In this document: in pieces, positions 11,764-26,669 of the stretch | Numbering within the stretch: the first letter of the stretch is position 1 | Layout of the letters: each line of letters begins with the position of its first letter | Assembly: GCA_951406725.2 (NCBI GenBank) | Contig: OX597816.1 | Location: forward strand, 98,394,001-98,458,000 | Length of the DNA: 64,000 nt | Origin: Octopus vulgaris | Taxonomy: Eukaryota | Direction: 5' to 3' | Position numbers and translations under genes: made by a program | Notes under the pieces: model-generated | Seen by the model: only the letters and a program-made list of their open reading frames with translations | Databases searched by the model: none | Told to the model about the DNA's origin: nothing

Positions 11764-13556
11764 TTTTATTCTTTCTCCCATATACATAAAATACAAACGC
11801 ACATATGCATGGTGATTTGTCAGAACATTTGCTGGAATGTATTATTTCTCCTATTGTTGTGACTGAATTTAAATCACGGCGAGCGTAGCTCTACCATTTA
11901 CTGATCAGTGATCAATAAACTGCATCAAGCAACAGCAGTGGCTGTCAGAAATAGTAAGCATAATATAATATGCCTTACGTAATCAATTCTGAGATTTTCG
12001 CCGTGATTGTAACTACTTCGACTTTAGTAATGGCTTGATCTTTCGGTCAAGACTTTGGTTGCAGAATTTTACTGCAGGTAACATTTTTTTTTAGTTTTTA
12101 TAGGAATGTGTCCAATTATCATTTGTACGTTATGAGTCGGTCATTTCTGTGATTTGTTTAGGGAGAGTGTTGAAATATACATAGGGACGTAGGAACTAAG
12201 ACAGTTGTATAACATAATTTTTAATGTGCTGTGGGCTCAATTTGTGTAAGGTGTAATTTAAAACTTCATATTAGCAATATTTTGACGATCGATGGCTCTT
12301 TAGATTTATGAGTAACAAAATCTCAAGATTTCTATACATACGTATGAAACTAGTTTTGTCCAGGGGCTTTCTTATACATACTTATAGTTTTAAGTTATTA
12401 TTTATTCGTTAAAAAGGTAAACTAAGTTAGCAGCATTTGATTGGATGCCAGTGATACGATGGAATGTTGTCATATATTCAACAATTCCACTATCACACGC
12501 AAGAAATGTGACGCATGCATTTGCTCACACGCAAATCTCTGTGATATTTTTATGTGTTCACTATTATATATTAGCAGAACTTGGCGAAATAACACAGATT
12601 TTGAAACACATACTTGCCGAACATAAATTAGATATGCGTCAACATTATATATTTTTTACTGATTGTTATCTTTCAATATCTATCAATGTTTTTTCCTTTA
12701 ATATTCTAAGCTATAATGTTTGACACTTTATCAAATATGATGGCACGAACAGAACTTTTCTAACGTTTTCAGATCTGAAGTAAATTTTATATAAACAAGA
12801 TAGTGGCATATTTTCTGGGAATAAATAATGCTTTAATGTTACGGAAATAAATATTTATATCTCGTTCCTGATAATGCGATGAATATATGCTATCCTTGGC
12901 AATTTTTCTTACGAAGGAGGCAAAAAGGTTGTCAATGATAATTCTTTATAAATAGGTAAGTAAAGATTTCAGTCGCGAAAATCAATGACATGAGAGTTAA
13001 TTCACAGCAGTGAATTACAGGTGTTTCAGCTGACCAACAGATACAAAATTATCTATTCATATATATGTACAATAATGGTATTAACAGATTGTACACAAAT
13101 GAAGCTCTACTTGTGATGTCGCGGTACCTATCTTCAGAGATAATTTTTCTAACATTCGAAAATACTCTATTTCCAAATATAAAGCACACTGTGACAGGAG
13201 TCAGAAAAAAAGAGCAGATCAGGCATTTGGAAAGGGTATAAACTAATGAAAACACTTAAGAAATAAAAGGGAAATAAAAATAATAACAGTAATTGAGGTA
13301 GTCAGCGGAGAGATATAATGAAGAACGATGAAGGAGTGTGATTGAGATGGAAAAAAGAAAGCAGAGAGATAGACAGAGTATTTAAAGTAGAAAGACGATA
13401 AACGTTCATGTAAATGATATTAAGGCGACGCAGGAGAACGTATCGTAACTCGCGCTATGCGATTGTGCGTTGGAGTTGAATATCAAATAGAAATATTTAA
13501 AGAAGAGACAGGAAACGTCAGCAGGTCACATGCTGAGCTTTCCTCAAAATACTTAC

Positions 13557-13752
13557 TTGCACAGTTCATAGTTCATTCCATGAAGTAGAATAATTCAGCT
13601 TTTTGGCAAATGCCTATAATGTTCAGAGGATAGTATACGCCCTGTGCAAATCCTTCCACCACATGACAAAAGCTTCAGGCACATGCAACATTTGATTTTT
13701 TTAAACATCTTTACTAGCATTATTATATGTTGTATACTATGGATGATCGTAG
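13557..13752 (-). other. Possible non-coding or 5' UTR exon
   Basis: Minus strand: polypyrimidine TTTGTTTTTTTCAG acceptor and GTAAGT donor around 196 bp of non-repetitive-looking sequence; stops in all three frames. Confidence 0.25.
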
Positions 13753-13893
13753 CTGAAAAAAACAAAGCGTAATAAAAAATAAAAAACACGATTGCAGCAA
13801 TGTATATATCAGTGTTTAATAAAAGCACCTGTCAATGCCATGTTTCTGCAAAAGTTTGTAGAACTGCAGAACTGAAAAACTACATTCAGGCTA

Positions 13894-13944
<51 letters not shown>

Positions 13945-14649
13945 AATGTAGCAATCAGGTGATAGCTTTCTTCCAAATAGAGTTTAAGCCATCATTTACG
14001 CTATACAATTAACGTTATGAACTGTAAATTAAATGACAGCATTTACAAATATCTCGGATTTTATGTAATGTACTGGTCCTTACTGTGCATGTGCATCAAA
14101 CTTGATTTCAACTTTTAAAAAATGCACAAAATATACGAGGATTAGTTGAGACCCTAGTTTTGTGAACAAAGCTACGTGTGAGTATATAAAATCTACTGGG
14201 AAAAGGCTTTTATGAAATATAGTCGGTATCCACCAGATTAGGATATATCTTTGCTCACCTGTTGCAAACATATCTTTATAAAACAACTGAAATATTATAA
14301 GATCTCCCTCTTTCTCTGTTTCTTTCTCTCTCTCACTCATCAATTTCGATTCGGGAACATTCCGATGATCGACCGCCTTATTGAATTACCGCGGAAAATA
14401 GCTAACAAATCCACAGAAATTTTCGAGCAGGTTGTGCATGAAGCTCTTTGACAAATACGGGCCATGCTAAGTCGAGTCCATTTTGTAGGCGAACATGCAC
14501 TTTCGACCTACCCATCTTAATTCACATTACATTGGCCAGCTCGAGCTTTTAGTAAAATCATTTGCTCAAAAGACTCAGTGGAAGTGAACCCGACATCTGA
14601 GAGTTGTAAATTAAACTTATTAACCCCTGAAGAATGTGGGCAATACCAA

Positions 14650-14891
14650 ACGAAATATATATATTTTCTCTACCCACAAGGGGCTAAACACAGAGAGGAC
14701 AAACAAGGACAGACAAATGGAATAAGTCGATTACATCGACACCAGTGCGTAATTGGTACTTAATTTATCGACCCCGAAAGTATGAAAGGCAAAGTCGACC
14801 TCGGCGGAATTTGAACACAGAACGTAACGGCAGACGAAATACCACTAAGCATTTCGCCCGGCGTGCTAACGTCTCTACCAGCTCATCGCCC
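14650..14891 (-). mobile_element. SINE family C
   Basis: GGCGATGAGCTGGTAGAGACGTTAGCACGCCGGGCGAAATGCTTAG...GTTCAAATTCCGCCGAGGTCGACTTTGCCTTTCAT...TAAGTACCA. Confidence 0.85.
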
Positions 14892-15476
14892 TATAATATC
14901 TTAATATATGGCAAACATCAGAACGGAGAGATGATTAACATGAAGAGAAGTATAATTAATCATTCTATAATTTTTTTGCTGCATATAAAGTGCATGATTT
15001 AAACGAAATCATAACACATTAGTCTATGTATATAATACTGTGTTTCCGATTTCAAGCTTAATCGTCGGGAAATTTCATTTTCTTCAAACTGGCCTCAATG
15101 AAAACACAATCAAGAAGATACAGCAACCATTTTGATTAATAAACAATAGCTTGTTTTAATTTCAAATCCTATGAGCTACCTTATTCCAGTTAATTCATTG
15201 GAATAATACCAATGAGCTGCTAGAGAGTCTTAGTCCCGTTTCATCCACGAAAATATTTTGTCGTATGCACATGTTACCATAACCGTAGTTGAGAAGTCAA
15301 TGACTATATTTGTAATTTGCCAAATGAATTGATCTGAGTTAAAATCTGGCTGAATTCGTCTTCACTGCTTACTCTTCCTAGTTGAATAAAATATGTTTCA
15401 ATACAGTACAAATGAGGGAATGGCCTTTCTGTATAAACCGCTAGTTATTTTAGGAAGTACTATTCTCGCCTAAGTG

Positions 15477-16120
15477 AGGTGGTGAGCTGACAGAATCGTT
15501 AGCACGGCGGAGAAAATGCTTAGCGTTCTTTCGTCCGTCTTTACGTGTTTAAGTTTGGAGCTGCAATTCAGCCGAGGTTGACTTTGCCTTTCATCCTTCG
15601 GGATCGATAAAATATGTACCAGTTGAATACTGAGATTGATGTTATCAACTTATCCCCAACCAACAAACTTGCTGGTCTTGTGCTAAAATTTGAAAAAATT
15701 ATTATGGTGTGTGTGAAGGCGGCGATATGGCAAAATCATTAGCACACTGAGCAAAATACATAACGGAATCTCTTGCGTTATGATATCAACTATCGCTGAG
15801 GCCGACTTTGCGTTTCATTATTTCGGTGTCTATAAAATAAATATCAGTTGCACACTAGAGGCGACGTAATCGACTCAACCCCTCCTCCGAAGTTGCTGGC
15901 CTTGTACGAAAATTTGAAACTAGTGTTATCGAGCACATTAAGATCGTTAGCTTGCAGACTCGATAACGCACCAGGCAAAATGCGTTGGAACATTTCATCC
16001 ATCCATATCGTTGGTTTTCGTTTCTGGATGGCTGAAATAAGTACCAGTTTAGCATTAGCGTTAATGTAACGGACTGGACCTTCCCACAAATCTCTGGTCT
16101 TGTGCCTATAATAGAATGGA
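15477..16120 (+). mobile_element. Three head-to-tail SINE family C copies (~15477-15697, 15717-15920, 15940-16120)
   Basis: Repeated GAATCGTTAGCAC...AAATGCTTAG...GACTTTGCCTTTCAT...ATAA..GTACCAGTT...CTTGT motifs. Confidence 0.8.
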
Positions 16121-16236
16121 TATTGAAGCAATGTCTTAAGCACCATGCAGTATCTAATTATGCATGTTTTAATTTCAGTAGACCGCAGTCGTCTTAATCA
16201 TCAATCATGAGTGATGTCATTTCTGATATAGTTATA

Positions 16237-16397
16237 AGGCCTGAAATTTTGAGGGAGTGGTCTAGTTGATTACATCGAACACACTGCTTAAATGGTACTT
16301 CTTTCATAGGCGGAATTTAAACTTAAAATATATAGATGGATAAAATGCCACTAAGCAATTTTCCGGCACGTTAAGAAATCTACCAGCTTGTCGCCTT
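16237..16397 (-). mobile_element. SINE family C (decayed)
   Basis: Minus strand GGCGACAAGCTGGTAGATTTCTTAACGTGCCGGAAAATTGCTTAGTGGCATTT. Confidence 0.65.
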
Positions 16398-18689
16398 CAT
16401 CATTCGTGAATAATAATAATAAAAAAATTATATTCAACGATTTATTCGAATTTAATCTATCCAAATCTTTATCTTGTTGGGTTATGTTATCAGTCATTAT
16501 TATCGTTAAAGTTGGTGGCCTGTAAAGCGAATTGGTAGATTTTTAGAGAAAAAAAAGTACGATATTTGTTATTTTTATTGTGAAATTAAATTAATTCTTC
16601 GATCCTTAATTTCATCAGTTAGTTATAGAAATTGTGTTAAAACATGTTCTTTAGACAATTTACAAAATCACGGTATGTTTTAAGAAAGTGCTCTGATGCG
16701 TTAGGAATTTGCTGGACTTCGTAACTTTAACAAAATTTGTCACGTTACTTCACATAAAATACAAATCCCTCATGATGTTGCCCGCTCATCATTGAGCAAA
16801 AAGTCTCTAATGACAATATCACCGCCGTGTCTCCCTTGAAACTGCACTGTTTTTCATTACTGATTAGTAAATCGCTTACTGTACATAACAGCTTTCTTCA
16901 GAGTCTTATGGGCAGAGTATATTTCGTAAAAGAAAACACTTTATCAAAATGTTTATTCAAAAGTAAATTATCACTCCAAATATACATATTCTTATCTCTC
17001 TTCACTATTTTCTCTAGATTATTTTAATTGAACATTATCGTTTCCGCCATCATCACTACAAATATCTATATCACTAGCAATATCTACTCAATGGCAAAAA
17101 AACTCAAGATCACTGTACCTCTCTTATTCAGCTTGATTCATCACAAATAGAATTATTCTTTTCGTGAATTTATAAAATCTAAAAATGTGACAGATTTTGC
17201 TTAACACTTGAAATTCCTTATCCTCGTTCTTCACTTTAAAATTATAATAGTATGAGCTCTTCAAGGAACTTTACATAATATTATAAATTGAATACCTCGG
17301 AAAGCACTATGATGTTTAGAGATAACAATTACACGTTTGTTAAATTAGCGATTCACTTAAGAATTTAAATCACTTAATTTTCAATTTAATTTCATTCGTC
17401 AATTTAAACGTATTATTTATATCACAATGTTATTCTAAGCTTCCGAGATTTAATCTGTATATCTCTTTCATCCTTAAGAAAATCCTCGCAAATATATCTA
17501 ACGACATTTCAATTAAGAAAAGCTTACTTAGTATAATTAATAGATCACGCAGCGTAGGTTAAGAACCTTTATTTGGCATTTCGTACGATGTTTCTGTAAT
17601 CCAAATTTGGTAACATATAATAGCCATTCAATTAATTGACACTGCTGATCATTCAGTGGTAATGTAAATGTTAGTGATTTAATAAATCCTGTATGGCGTT
17701 TTTCCAATCCATTCTGGGAATACGGAAAATTCTAATGCCTTTGACGTCGCTGTCGCTAACAACATTCTCGAGTAACACAATATGTTCATTAACTGGAACG
17801 ATAAAGAAATTGCTTTGTGGAGAAATAGTCAAAGAATGCTAGCAGTTTGGAAAGCGTAATATTTGAGATACTATGACATGTCATACCCAGTCTAATATTT
17901 AGACTATATTGTGTCGATAGAACTGAAGGTCACACATTAAATTTACAACACAAAGGCAGATTCAAAACTGCATGTTAATAATGTAAAATAAATGACTTGA
18001 TACACCCACTGAATTATTATACCAGTCAGCAGAAACAGAGTATTGAAAGTTCAAATATTCGCCTGGTATTATAACGTTCCTTCTCCTTTCATATGATCAC
18101 ATTAGAAATAAGATTCTTAATTATATGGATTAGTATTACACAGCACCAAAGTAGAGAACGCAAATGAGATTATCAAGTATTGCACTTGAAATACTGTTTT
18201 ACATTTAAATCTATCTTTTTAAAACCTTTCTTCAATCACAAAATTGTTAATTTTTTGCGCTAGCTTTTGCGGAGGAAACTGGAATATTTTCTATTAGATA
18301 TTATCAGGTTGAAAAGGAAAATTGCATAGCGTTCATTCAAATAAACATACACATGGCAACGTCGCAACATGCCAACACATACACATATTCATACGCACAT
18401 ATGTTTTCCCCTTTTAATCGGTAGAAGTCACAAAGTAACTGAAAGGCCGGGTATCATTCAATATGACAATGTTTTAGTTACTTCAAAATCTTGGGGACTA
18501 ATTTTAATTATACTGACCATTAACTGTTTCTGAAATGTCCAAAATGCTTTAGAATTGGAAGACCATGTAAAGAAGGGGCCTTTGCAAGAATTTTTCATGT
18601 TGAGAAATATAACAATTATTTTAATTGCATTGATATATACATACACATACACATACACACACATATATATTCATATAGACATAAAGGTA

Positions 18690-19095
18690 TACATGGACTT
18701 GTTATGAAAGGTATCTTAAATTGTTAGAACAATTCCATCAAAAATGCCTTCATCGTATTTTAAACATTAAATGGAGTTCTTTTACTCCAAATACAGATGT
18801 CCTTGCATCTGCAGGCATCACCTTAATTAACGCTATGATTTTGAGGAACCAAATGAGATGGTGTAGCCGTATTGATCGGATGTCGGATGAACGCATGCCG
18901 AAACAGCTGTTTTATGGTGAGCTTGCAGAGGGGAAATTTTGTCGACGTAAACCTAAGGGAAAAGGTTTGAGCATGGCATAAGGACTACTATGAAGTCACT
19001 TGCAATGGAACCAAAAGATATAGAAACCCTTGCTTCGGATCGAGTTTGATGGCGAAGCCATGGAAAACGAACCTCGACCAAATATTCTGCCTATA
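18690..19095 (+). mobile_element. RTE-clade LINE 3' fragment
   Basis: LEQFHQKCLHRILNIKW...LRNQMRWCSRIDRMSDERMPKQLFYGEL, typical RTE/BovB-like C-terminus. Confidence 0.88.
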
Positions 19096-19124
19096 TGACT
19101 GCGCATGTACACACGCACACACAC

Positions 19125-19183
<59 letters not shown>

Positions 19184-19214
19184 GCTCACACACACATATA
19201 TATATATATATATG

Positions 19215-19324
19215 CACAAGCGTGACTGCGTGGTACGAAGCTTGCTTCCCAACCGCATGTTTCCGGGCTCATTCCCACTGCATGCCATATTGGTCAGGTG
19301 TCCTCTACTATACCCTTCGGCTAA

Positions 19325-19365
<41 letters not shown>

Positions 19366-19580
19366 TATAAATATATATTTTTTTGTTACACTGTAACCAC
19401 TAGACAACCGGTGTTAGTGTGTTTAATTGCCCGTAATTTAGTAGTTTGCCAAAAGGACCGGTAGAATACGTACCAGGCTTTAAAAAATTAAGTACTGGAG
19501 TCCATTTATTCGACTAAATATTGGAGGCGGTGCCCCAGGTCGGCCCCAGTCTAATGGCTGAAGCAGGTAAAATGCTATAA
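19215..19580 (+). mobile_element. SINE family B
   Basis: GTGGTACGAAGCTTGCTTCCCAACC...CCCACTGCATG...CGACTAA...GGCGGTGCCCCAG. Confidence 0.75.
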
Positions 19581-19634
19581 AATACTCTCTCTCTCTATAT
19601 ATATATGCATATATATATGTACACATATAAAGTA

Positions 19635-20090
19635 CATATATGGGTACAGGACGTTACCTACCGTAAAGAACATGAAGTAAGAAAACAAACGAGTTAAATA
19701 CGCAAACGATTAGAGAAAGAAAATGGAAAACAGGAGAAGTAACACAAAGAGCAACCCTTCATCAATTTTACTCCTCATTTCGATCATTCAACGACAACAT
19801 GAATCTTCAAAGACAGTTGCTCTCATAACGTCCACAACTTCCACAACTTTGACCATCCATAAATCCAACATTTTATTTTGGAAGTTATGTGAGCAACTGG
19901 TTTCGAAGACTCATATTGTCGTGGAATGATTGAAATGAGGAGTAGATAGGCAGCCAACAACTGATGAAGGGCCGTTCTTTGTGTTACTTTTCCTGTTTTC
20001 CATCTTTTACTCCCGTTGTGTGCGTATTTAACTCGTTTCTTTTCCTACTTCATAATGTTTACAGTTGGTGAGGTCCTGTACCCATATATG
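19635..20090. mobile_element. Diverged foldback element (~210-bp inverted arms) between TA-rich tracts
   Basis: CATATATGGGTACAGGAC...GAGTTAAATACGCA...GGAAAACAGG vs CCTGTTTTCC...TGCGTATTTAACTC...GTCCTGTACCCATATATG; CTGATGA at ~19961. Confidence 0.8.
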
Positions 20091-20095
20091 CACAC

Positions 20096-20137
<42 letters not shown>

Positions 20138-20159
20138 ATGTGTGTGTGTGAGTGTGTGT

Positions 20160-20192
<33 letters not shown>

Positions 20193-20654
20193 TGTGACGT
20201 AGCACTCTGCACAAGTTCGTGGTTATCTACACTCACTAAGTGAAGAGCAAAAGGATTCCAAGTCAGCTGGACAAGGAAGCATAGTATATCATATCGGATA
20301 AAACTTATGTATTTCAAACTTTTAAATAAAAAATAATACGAACTTCCCTTTCAATTGTAATTGTACCAATGCATTTCTAACGACATCCCATGCATTTGAT
20401 TATGTGTGAAAAATTTCATTATATGCCTATGACCGACTGACGCTTTATCAAGAATGTTGTAAATCGTTTCATTCTACGCTATGGAATGAATATCTATTCG
20501 GTGTTTCTTTATACAGGGTTGAAAAAGAAAAATGAAGAGAAAAATTATAAGGGAGAAATATTGGTAACAATAACATCAGCAGCAACTGCAACAACAACAA
20601 CGACGACGACCAAAACAACAACAACAGCAATAACAACAGCAATAACAATAATAA

Positions 20655-21396
20655 CTAGCTGGACCCGTGAAACTTTCACGGAAAATATAATAATTATAAA
20701 CATCTGTAAATAGTGACATCATTTAATAACTATCGAATAATTACGTATAAACAGGATCCTCGGTAGTTGTACGAAATACAAAAAATGTAAGCATCTTTAA
20801 ACACTGACCATGTTTAAGTAATTAAGTATAAGTTTTGTTATTTTTGTGTTATACAACTAATGATCAAAATTTTTTATACAATGTAATTTGATATTATATA
20901 AATCGATAGTTGATATACATAGACATTACACAATGATCATTTCCACATCCGCAGGCGGTGTGAGCGTTGATTTTTCTTTTTAACTCGTACCGCCTGTAGT
21001 CCAGGATATTTGAGCAGTGACGTCTTTTGTTTTTAACTGGTACGACCTGTATGTAGTCAGTGATTTCCTGTCTCTCTCTGTGGGTTTTCCTTTTATGCTA
21101 ACAATGTTGTGTCGAAAAGGAAACGTTTTCTAGCGTTTTCCGAATGACGATCTGAGAATGATGGTCTGAGAACTGTTTCATTCTCTTTCACTATTATTCT
21201 CCATCCACATCTCCCTTAGACTTTTGAGAAGTAACAGTGATATCCACAGCTATTTGCTGAGAGAAAGATAGAGAGAGAGAGAGAGAGGCAGACAGAATAA
21301 CTGTCAAATAGATTGATAGATACAGAGAGAGTGAAATAAGTAGATAGGTGGATAGGATTCAGGGAATTATATATATATATATATATATATATTGAT

Positions 21397-21459
<63 letters not shown>

Positions 21460-22213
21460 GAGGGAGAGAGAGATGCAACATTTCTTTCTGCAATTTACAT
21501 ATTTTCAACTGCTTTATCATATATCGTCGAAAAGGAAATGTTTCCCAGTGTTTAGTCTATGACGATATGAGAATGGTTTTTATTGTCTTTCGCTATTCTG
21601 TATCCACTCTCTTCCTTCACTCAATTTATCTGTCTCACTCTTTCTCTCTTCCGCTCTCTCTCTCTTTTCCACTAATTCCTCTCTCCCTCCTCTGTGTCTC
21701 CTTGACTGCCACCCATCCGTCTGCGTTTATAGTGTTATCTACCCTCACTATTTCCCCCTCCTTTCCTCTTTCTCTCCTTTATGTCTCCTTGCCTCTCACG
21801 CATCTTCATGCCGTATGAAAATTGAAAGTAACATCCAATATTTGCTGTGGTAATTTATCCCCGACTTAACAAAGTGTCGATGTATCTACTTTTCTTTCAA
21901 TGCATGTATCTGCCTCCTGTGAAAATACTGGTAAACATTCTAAAACTCAAAACGAACGCCACCTTCCTTTCAGTTATCAATCACTCACTCTCTCTCTATC
22001 TCTGCCACTGTCACTCCATCTCTGACACTCATCTCTCGCGCTTTGGCACTCAATTCAACTATACCTCCGCTGCTTAACATCTTGTATTTGTTATTTTCTT
22101 TGTACCTCTCCTTTCAACTGTAGAGAAGTAACATTAATATCCACAGCTATTTGCAGACAAAGGACGAGAGAGAATGTGTGAGAAAAATAGGCAGACAAAC
22201 AAAATAAATGTCT

Positions 22214-22255
<42 letters not shown>

Positions 22256-22879
22256 CAGACAGATAGATAGGTAGGTAGGTAGGTAGGTAGGTAGGTAGGT
22301 AGGTAGTTTGGTAGGTAGGTAGGTAGCTAGCTAGCTAGATATCTAGATAGGCAACATTTATTTTTGCAATGTCCATACTTTATCATTAATCGTCAAAAGC
22401 GAAAGTTTTCCAGCGTTGTATCTATGACTAGCAGTATCGCCCGGCGTTGCTCGGGTTTGTAAGGGAAATAATTATAAAGCATTTTTAGATAGTTATAGCC
22501 AAAAAATAGCAAAAAAATGGGAAAAAATGATAGTAATTTTTTTTGAGAGTTAAAAAGGTCGAGTTGCATCCCCTAGACAGTCTGTGGTTTGTGTTTCTGA
22601 TTCTCGACCCCATGTCGAATTTATCGATTTTTTTCAGAACTGGGGGAACTTTCCAAAATTTTCGCTGCGTTAGTTTTGAATTATGACATTGGGCTATGTG
22701 TGTGTCAAGTTTCATCAGAATCGGTTGAAAGCCGTGGTTAGGGTGAGGGTACAACCTAACAGACACACAGACACGCAGACAGACAAACTGCCGTTTATAT
22801 AGAGAGAGATGATATGAGAACGGTTTTATTGTCTATCATTCCTTCATTCAATCTCGCTCACTCTCCCCACTCTCTCCAC

Positions 22880-22910
<31 letters not shown>

Positions 22911-23170
22911 CCCTCCATCACCTCTCCCTTCTATGAGTTTCCCTGCCTCTCACTCTTCCTCCTGCGTTCAACGCATTTTCTTTCTGTTACCTGACAGCGC
23001 TATGAATCTCCTCTCACATTCCCTGTCTGTCCCTCCTCTTTGTCGTTTTGCCTCTTACTTCAGCTCCACCTCTAACAACTTTTATTTCTCTCTTTTTTTA
23101 ACCGCTTCCTTTGAAGTAAGCGTGATACACACTACAGGTACGTACGTATGTATTCATATTTTAGCATATT
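20655..23170 (-). mobile_element. Probable large non-autonomous Helitron-like element with internal repeats
   Basis: CTAG terminus at 20655 with hairpin CCGTGAAACTTTCACGG; internal repeats GAAGTAACA..ATATCCACAGCTATTTGC (21228, 22125) and GTCGAAAAGGAAA; far boundary uncertain. Confidence 0.45.
22428..22809 (-). mobile_element. Non-autonomous Helitron
   Basis: Minus strand 5' TC...; 3' hairpin CCCGAGCAACGCCGGG then CTAG; inserted between A and T with no TSD. Confidence 0.8.
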
Positions 23171-23252
23171 GATATTTCGGATGATGATAATAATAATGAT
23201 GATAATAATACTACTAATAATAATGATAGTAATAATGAAAATAACAACAACG

Positions 23253-23329
<77 letters not shown>

Positions 23330-23333
<4 letters not shown>

Positions 23334-23937
23334 GTGAACGAAATTCTGAAATCCATCCGAAGAAAAAACATCCCAGAAACGGAAAACTTGATCAAGGTAG
23401 CATGTATTATGGTAGAGAGAATGTGGGTGTTGGAGTCAAGAAAAAGAAATATAATAGGAGTAACAAAAGAAAGGATTCATAGTGTAAAAGAAGAATACAG
23501 GTGTGGTTAGATATTCTCTCGAAAGATATTTTTGTGTGCGACCGAAAAGGGAATTGGATGATTAAAAGCGGAAAAATACAGGACAGAGAGCAAGAAGGGT
23601 CTGAAATTGGTAAGGAAGGAACTGAAACAGTGTCCCATTGCAAAGAAAGCACAGATGGCAAGATACAACCAAAGAATGGCTACGAGCAGAATAGGTTATT
23701 CAGAGTAGATCAGAAGAGATTCTACAAAGAAATCACTGGAGAGTGTACACATGAAAAGTTTATACCAGATAACATTGAAAGTCAAATGTTTTTGAGTGAC
23801 TATGGAGCAAAGACAAGGAATACAAGAAGGAAGCTGAATGGGTGCAAGAACTGAAACAAACAGGAGTCTGTCCAAAACAGGCAGAACTAGTCATTTCAGC
23901 TAGGGATGTGGAGGAAATTAGCAAACAATTAGGCAAA
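23330..23937 (+). mobile_element. Decayed R4/Dong-like LINE internal fragment between (TAA)n and (TTA)n tracts
   Basis: YEQNRLFRVDQKRFYKEI resembles the pre-RT region of R4/Dong-like elements; frameshifted. Confidence 0.65.
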
Positions 23938-24862
<925 letters not shown>

Positions 24863-24878
24863 AATTTATTATTATTAA

Positions 24879-24974
<96 letters not shown>

Positions 24975-26049
24975 TATTATTATTATTATTATTATTATCA
25001 TTATTATTATTATTATTATTATTATTTTACATTTTGAACTCCAAGTACACAGGCAATCTTTCCCGATTCCCAGTGTTTCCCTGAGAACGTCGTCGCTCTT
25101 GCCCAATTTTAATCTCCTCTAAAACTCCAACTTGGAACTTTCCCAACCGCATTACCCGACAGACAGAGGGCAGTGAGTGCTTGTGTATATTCCCTGCGCT
25201 AGGCACCTGATCTAGGACTGTTGCTCTGCTAATGAGACGGGCTGGGGAAAATCCTGTCTGAGAAATTGGGGGCCACATCTGCTGCAAGGAAGCAGCCAAT
25301 CTCAATTTATTACAAATCACATCGCACTCATGTGTACACGACACATTTGCATACAACAACTAATCCAATTAGGCAGACACTTAGATGCCCTCTTTATTTA
25401 AACAAACTTGCTTTGCCACTTTGTTAATGAGCAGCCATTGACAACTTTTCTTCCGATCTTAATAAATCACGTGTAATTCGTAAAGTACACCTCCTGTAAT
25501 AATATCAGTTATAAACAAACATCGAATACTGAGATCGACAGTGATGTATTACTTATGAGTTCACACTATATTTCCAAGGACAGTGCAGTTCCGTATAGCC
25601 GATCTATAGATTTGAGTTTGCTCCCATGCATTAGTCGTAAAATGTTTCCCTCAGTAAATTTGATTCTCGATCTAACTTCGTTAAGTATACTACAAATCGA
25701 TTTCTATAAAAAGGAACTTAGAAAATTCAATGAATGAAAGTTAAAAGTATAATCCTTATATATTAACGAACATATTTAAAATCTAATACAAAAGTCACGA
25801 ACATCATATATGTATAAAATTAAAATGATCTGAAAATTCAATGCGTGATGTTCTGAACATACTATAGAGAAAATACATTCTGCTTAAGCACGAATAATAC
25901 TGTGGTTGATGCCGTTGTTGTCTAGCCCATGTAAACTCTGATCGATCAAGCAAAATCAACTCAAAATTTCCAGCTGTGGCAATCATGTCTTTTATTTTCG
26001 ATGTGTATATGAGGCAACGTTATCTAATTCAAACTCCCAACATTACAAG

Positions 26050-26520
26050 TGACGGATCTAATCGAAATGCGATGCAACACATCTTGTGAGACGGCCGAAA
26101 ATCTATTAACAAAGTCACACGTCTTTTTGATGTTTTTCCTGTCCGAGTTCATTTCGTCTATCTGTCTGGATGTTTTATTCTCGCCTGTTGCTTTCTTGTT
26201 CCATTTTTTTTATTTATATATACATATAACGGCGTACGTACACATATATAATACTCTTAGCTTAAATTTTTGGGGCCATCCAGATTTGAACAGTCTCAAG
26301 TGTAACCGGTCGAAATTGTAAGGATAATCTGGAAACTTGACTGGTGAGAGAAGACCGCAAATGACCCATTCTCGTTTTATTCTGTTCGTCAACTTGTTGT
26401 TTTTCCTTCAGTCTTCGTATCATGAATGTGTCCGGATGTTTTATTTTCGTCTGTTGCGTTCTTCTTCCATTTTAATTTATTTATATATACATATAGCAGC
26501 GTACGTACACTTTTGCTCAC
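26050..26520 (+). repeat. Diverged tandem duplication (~270 bp) of a dispersed repeat also at 40570-40860
   Basis: TGTC.GGATGTTTTATT...TTTATTTATATATACATATA..GCGTACGTACAC twice; CTCTTAGCTTA...CAGATT.GAACA...GAAATTG shared with ~40630-40700. Confidence 0.65.
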
Positions 26521-26669
26521 CTTACATGTGTGTATGCGTGTATGTGTGCATGTTAGTGTGTGTGTGCATATTTATATATATATAAGTCGGTCAGTTATCC
26601 ATAAGAATGACAACAAGCGCAAGCTAAAAGGAATTTTTTGAGCAGTTATATTTTATATAGTTATGTCGT

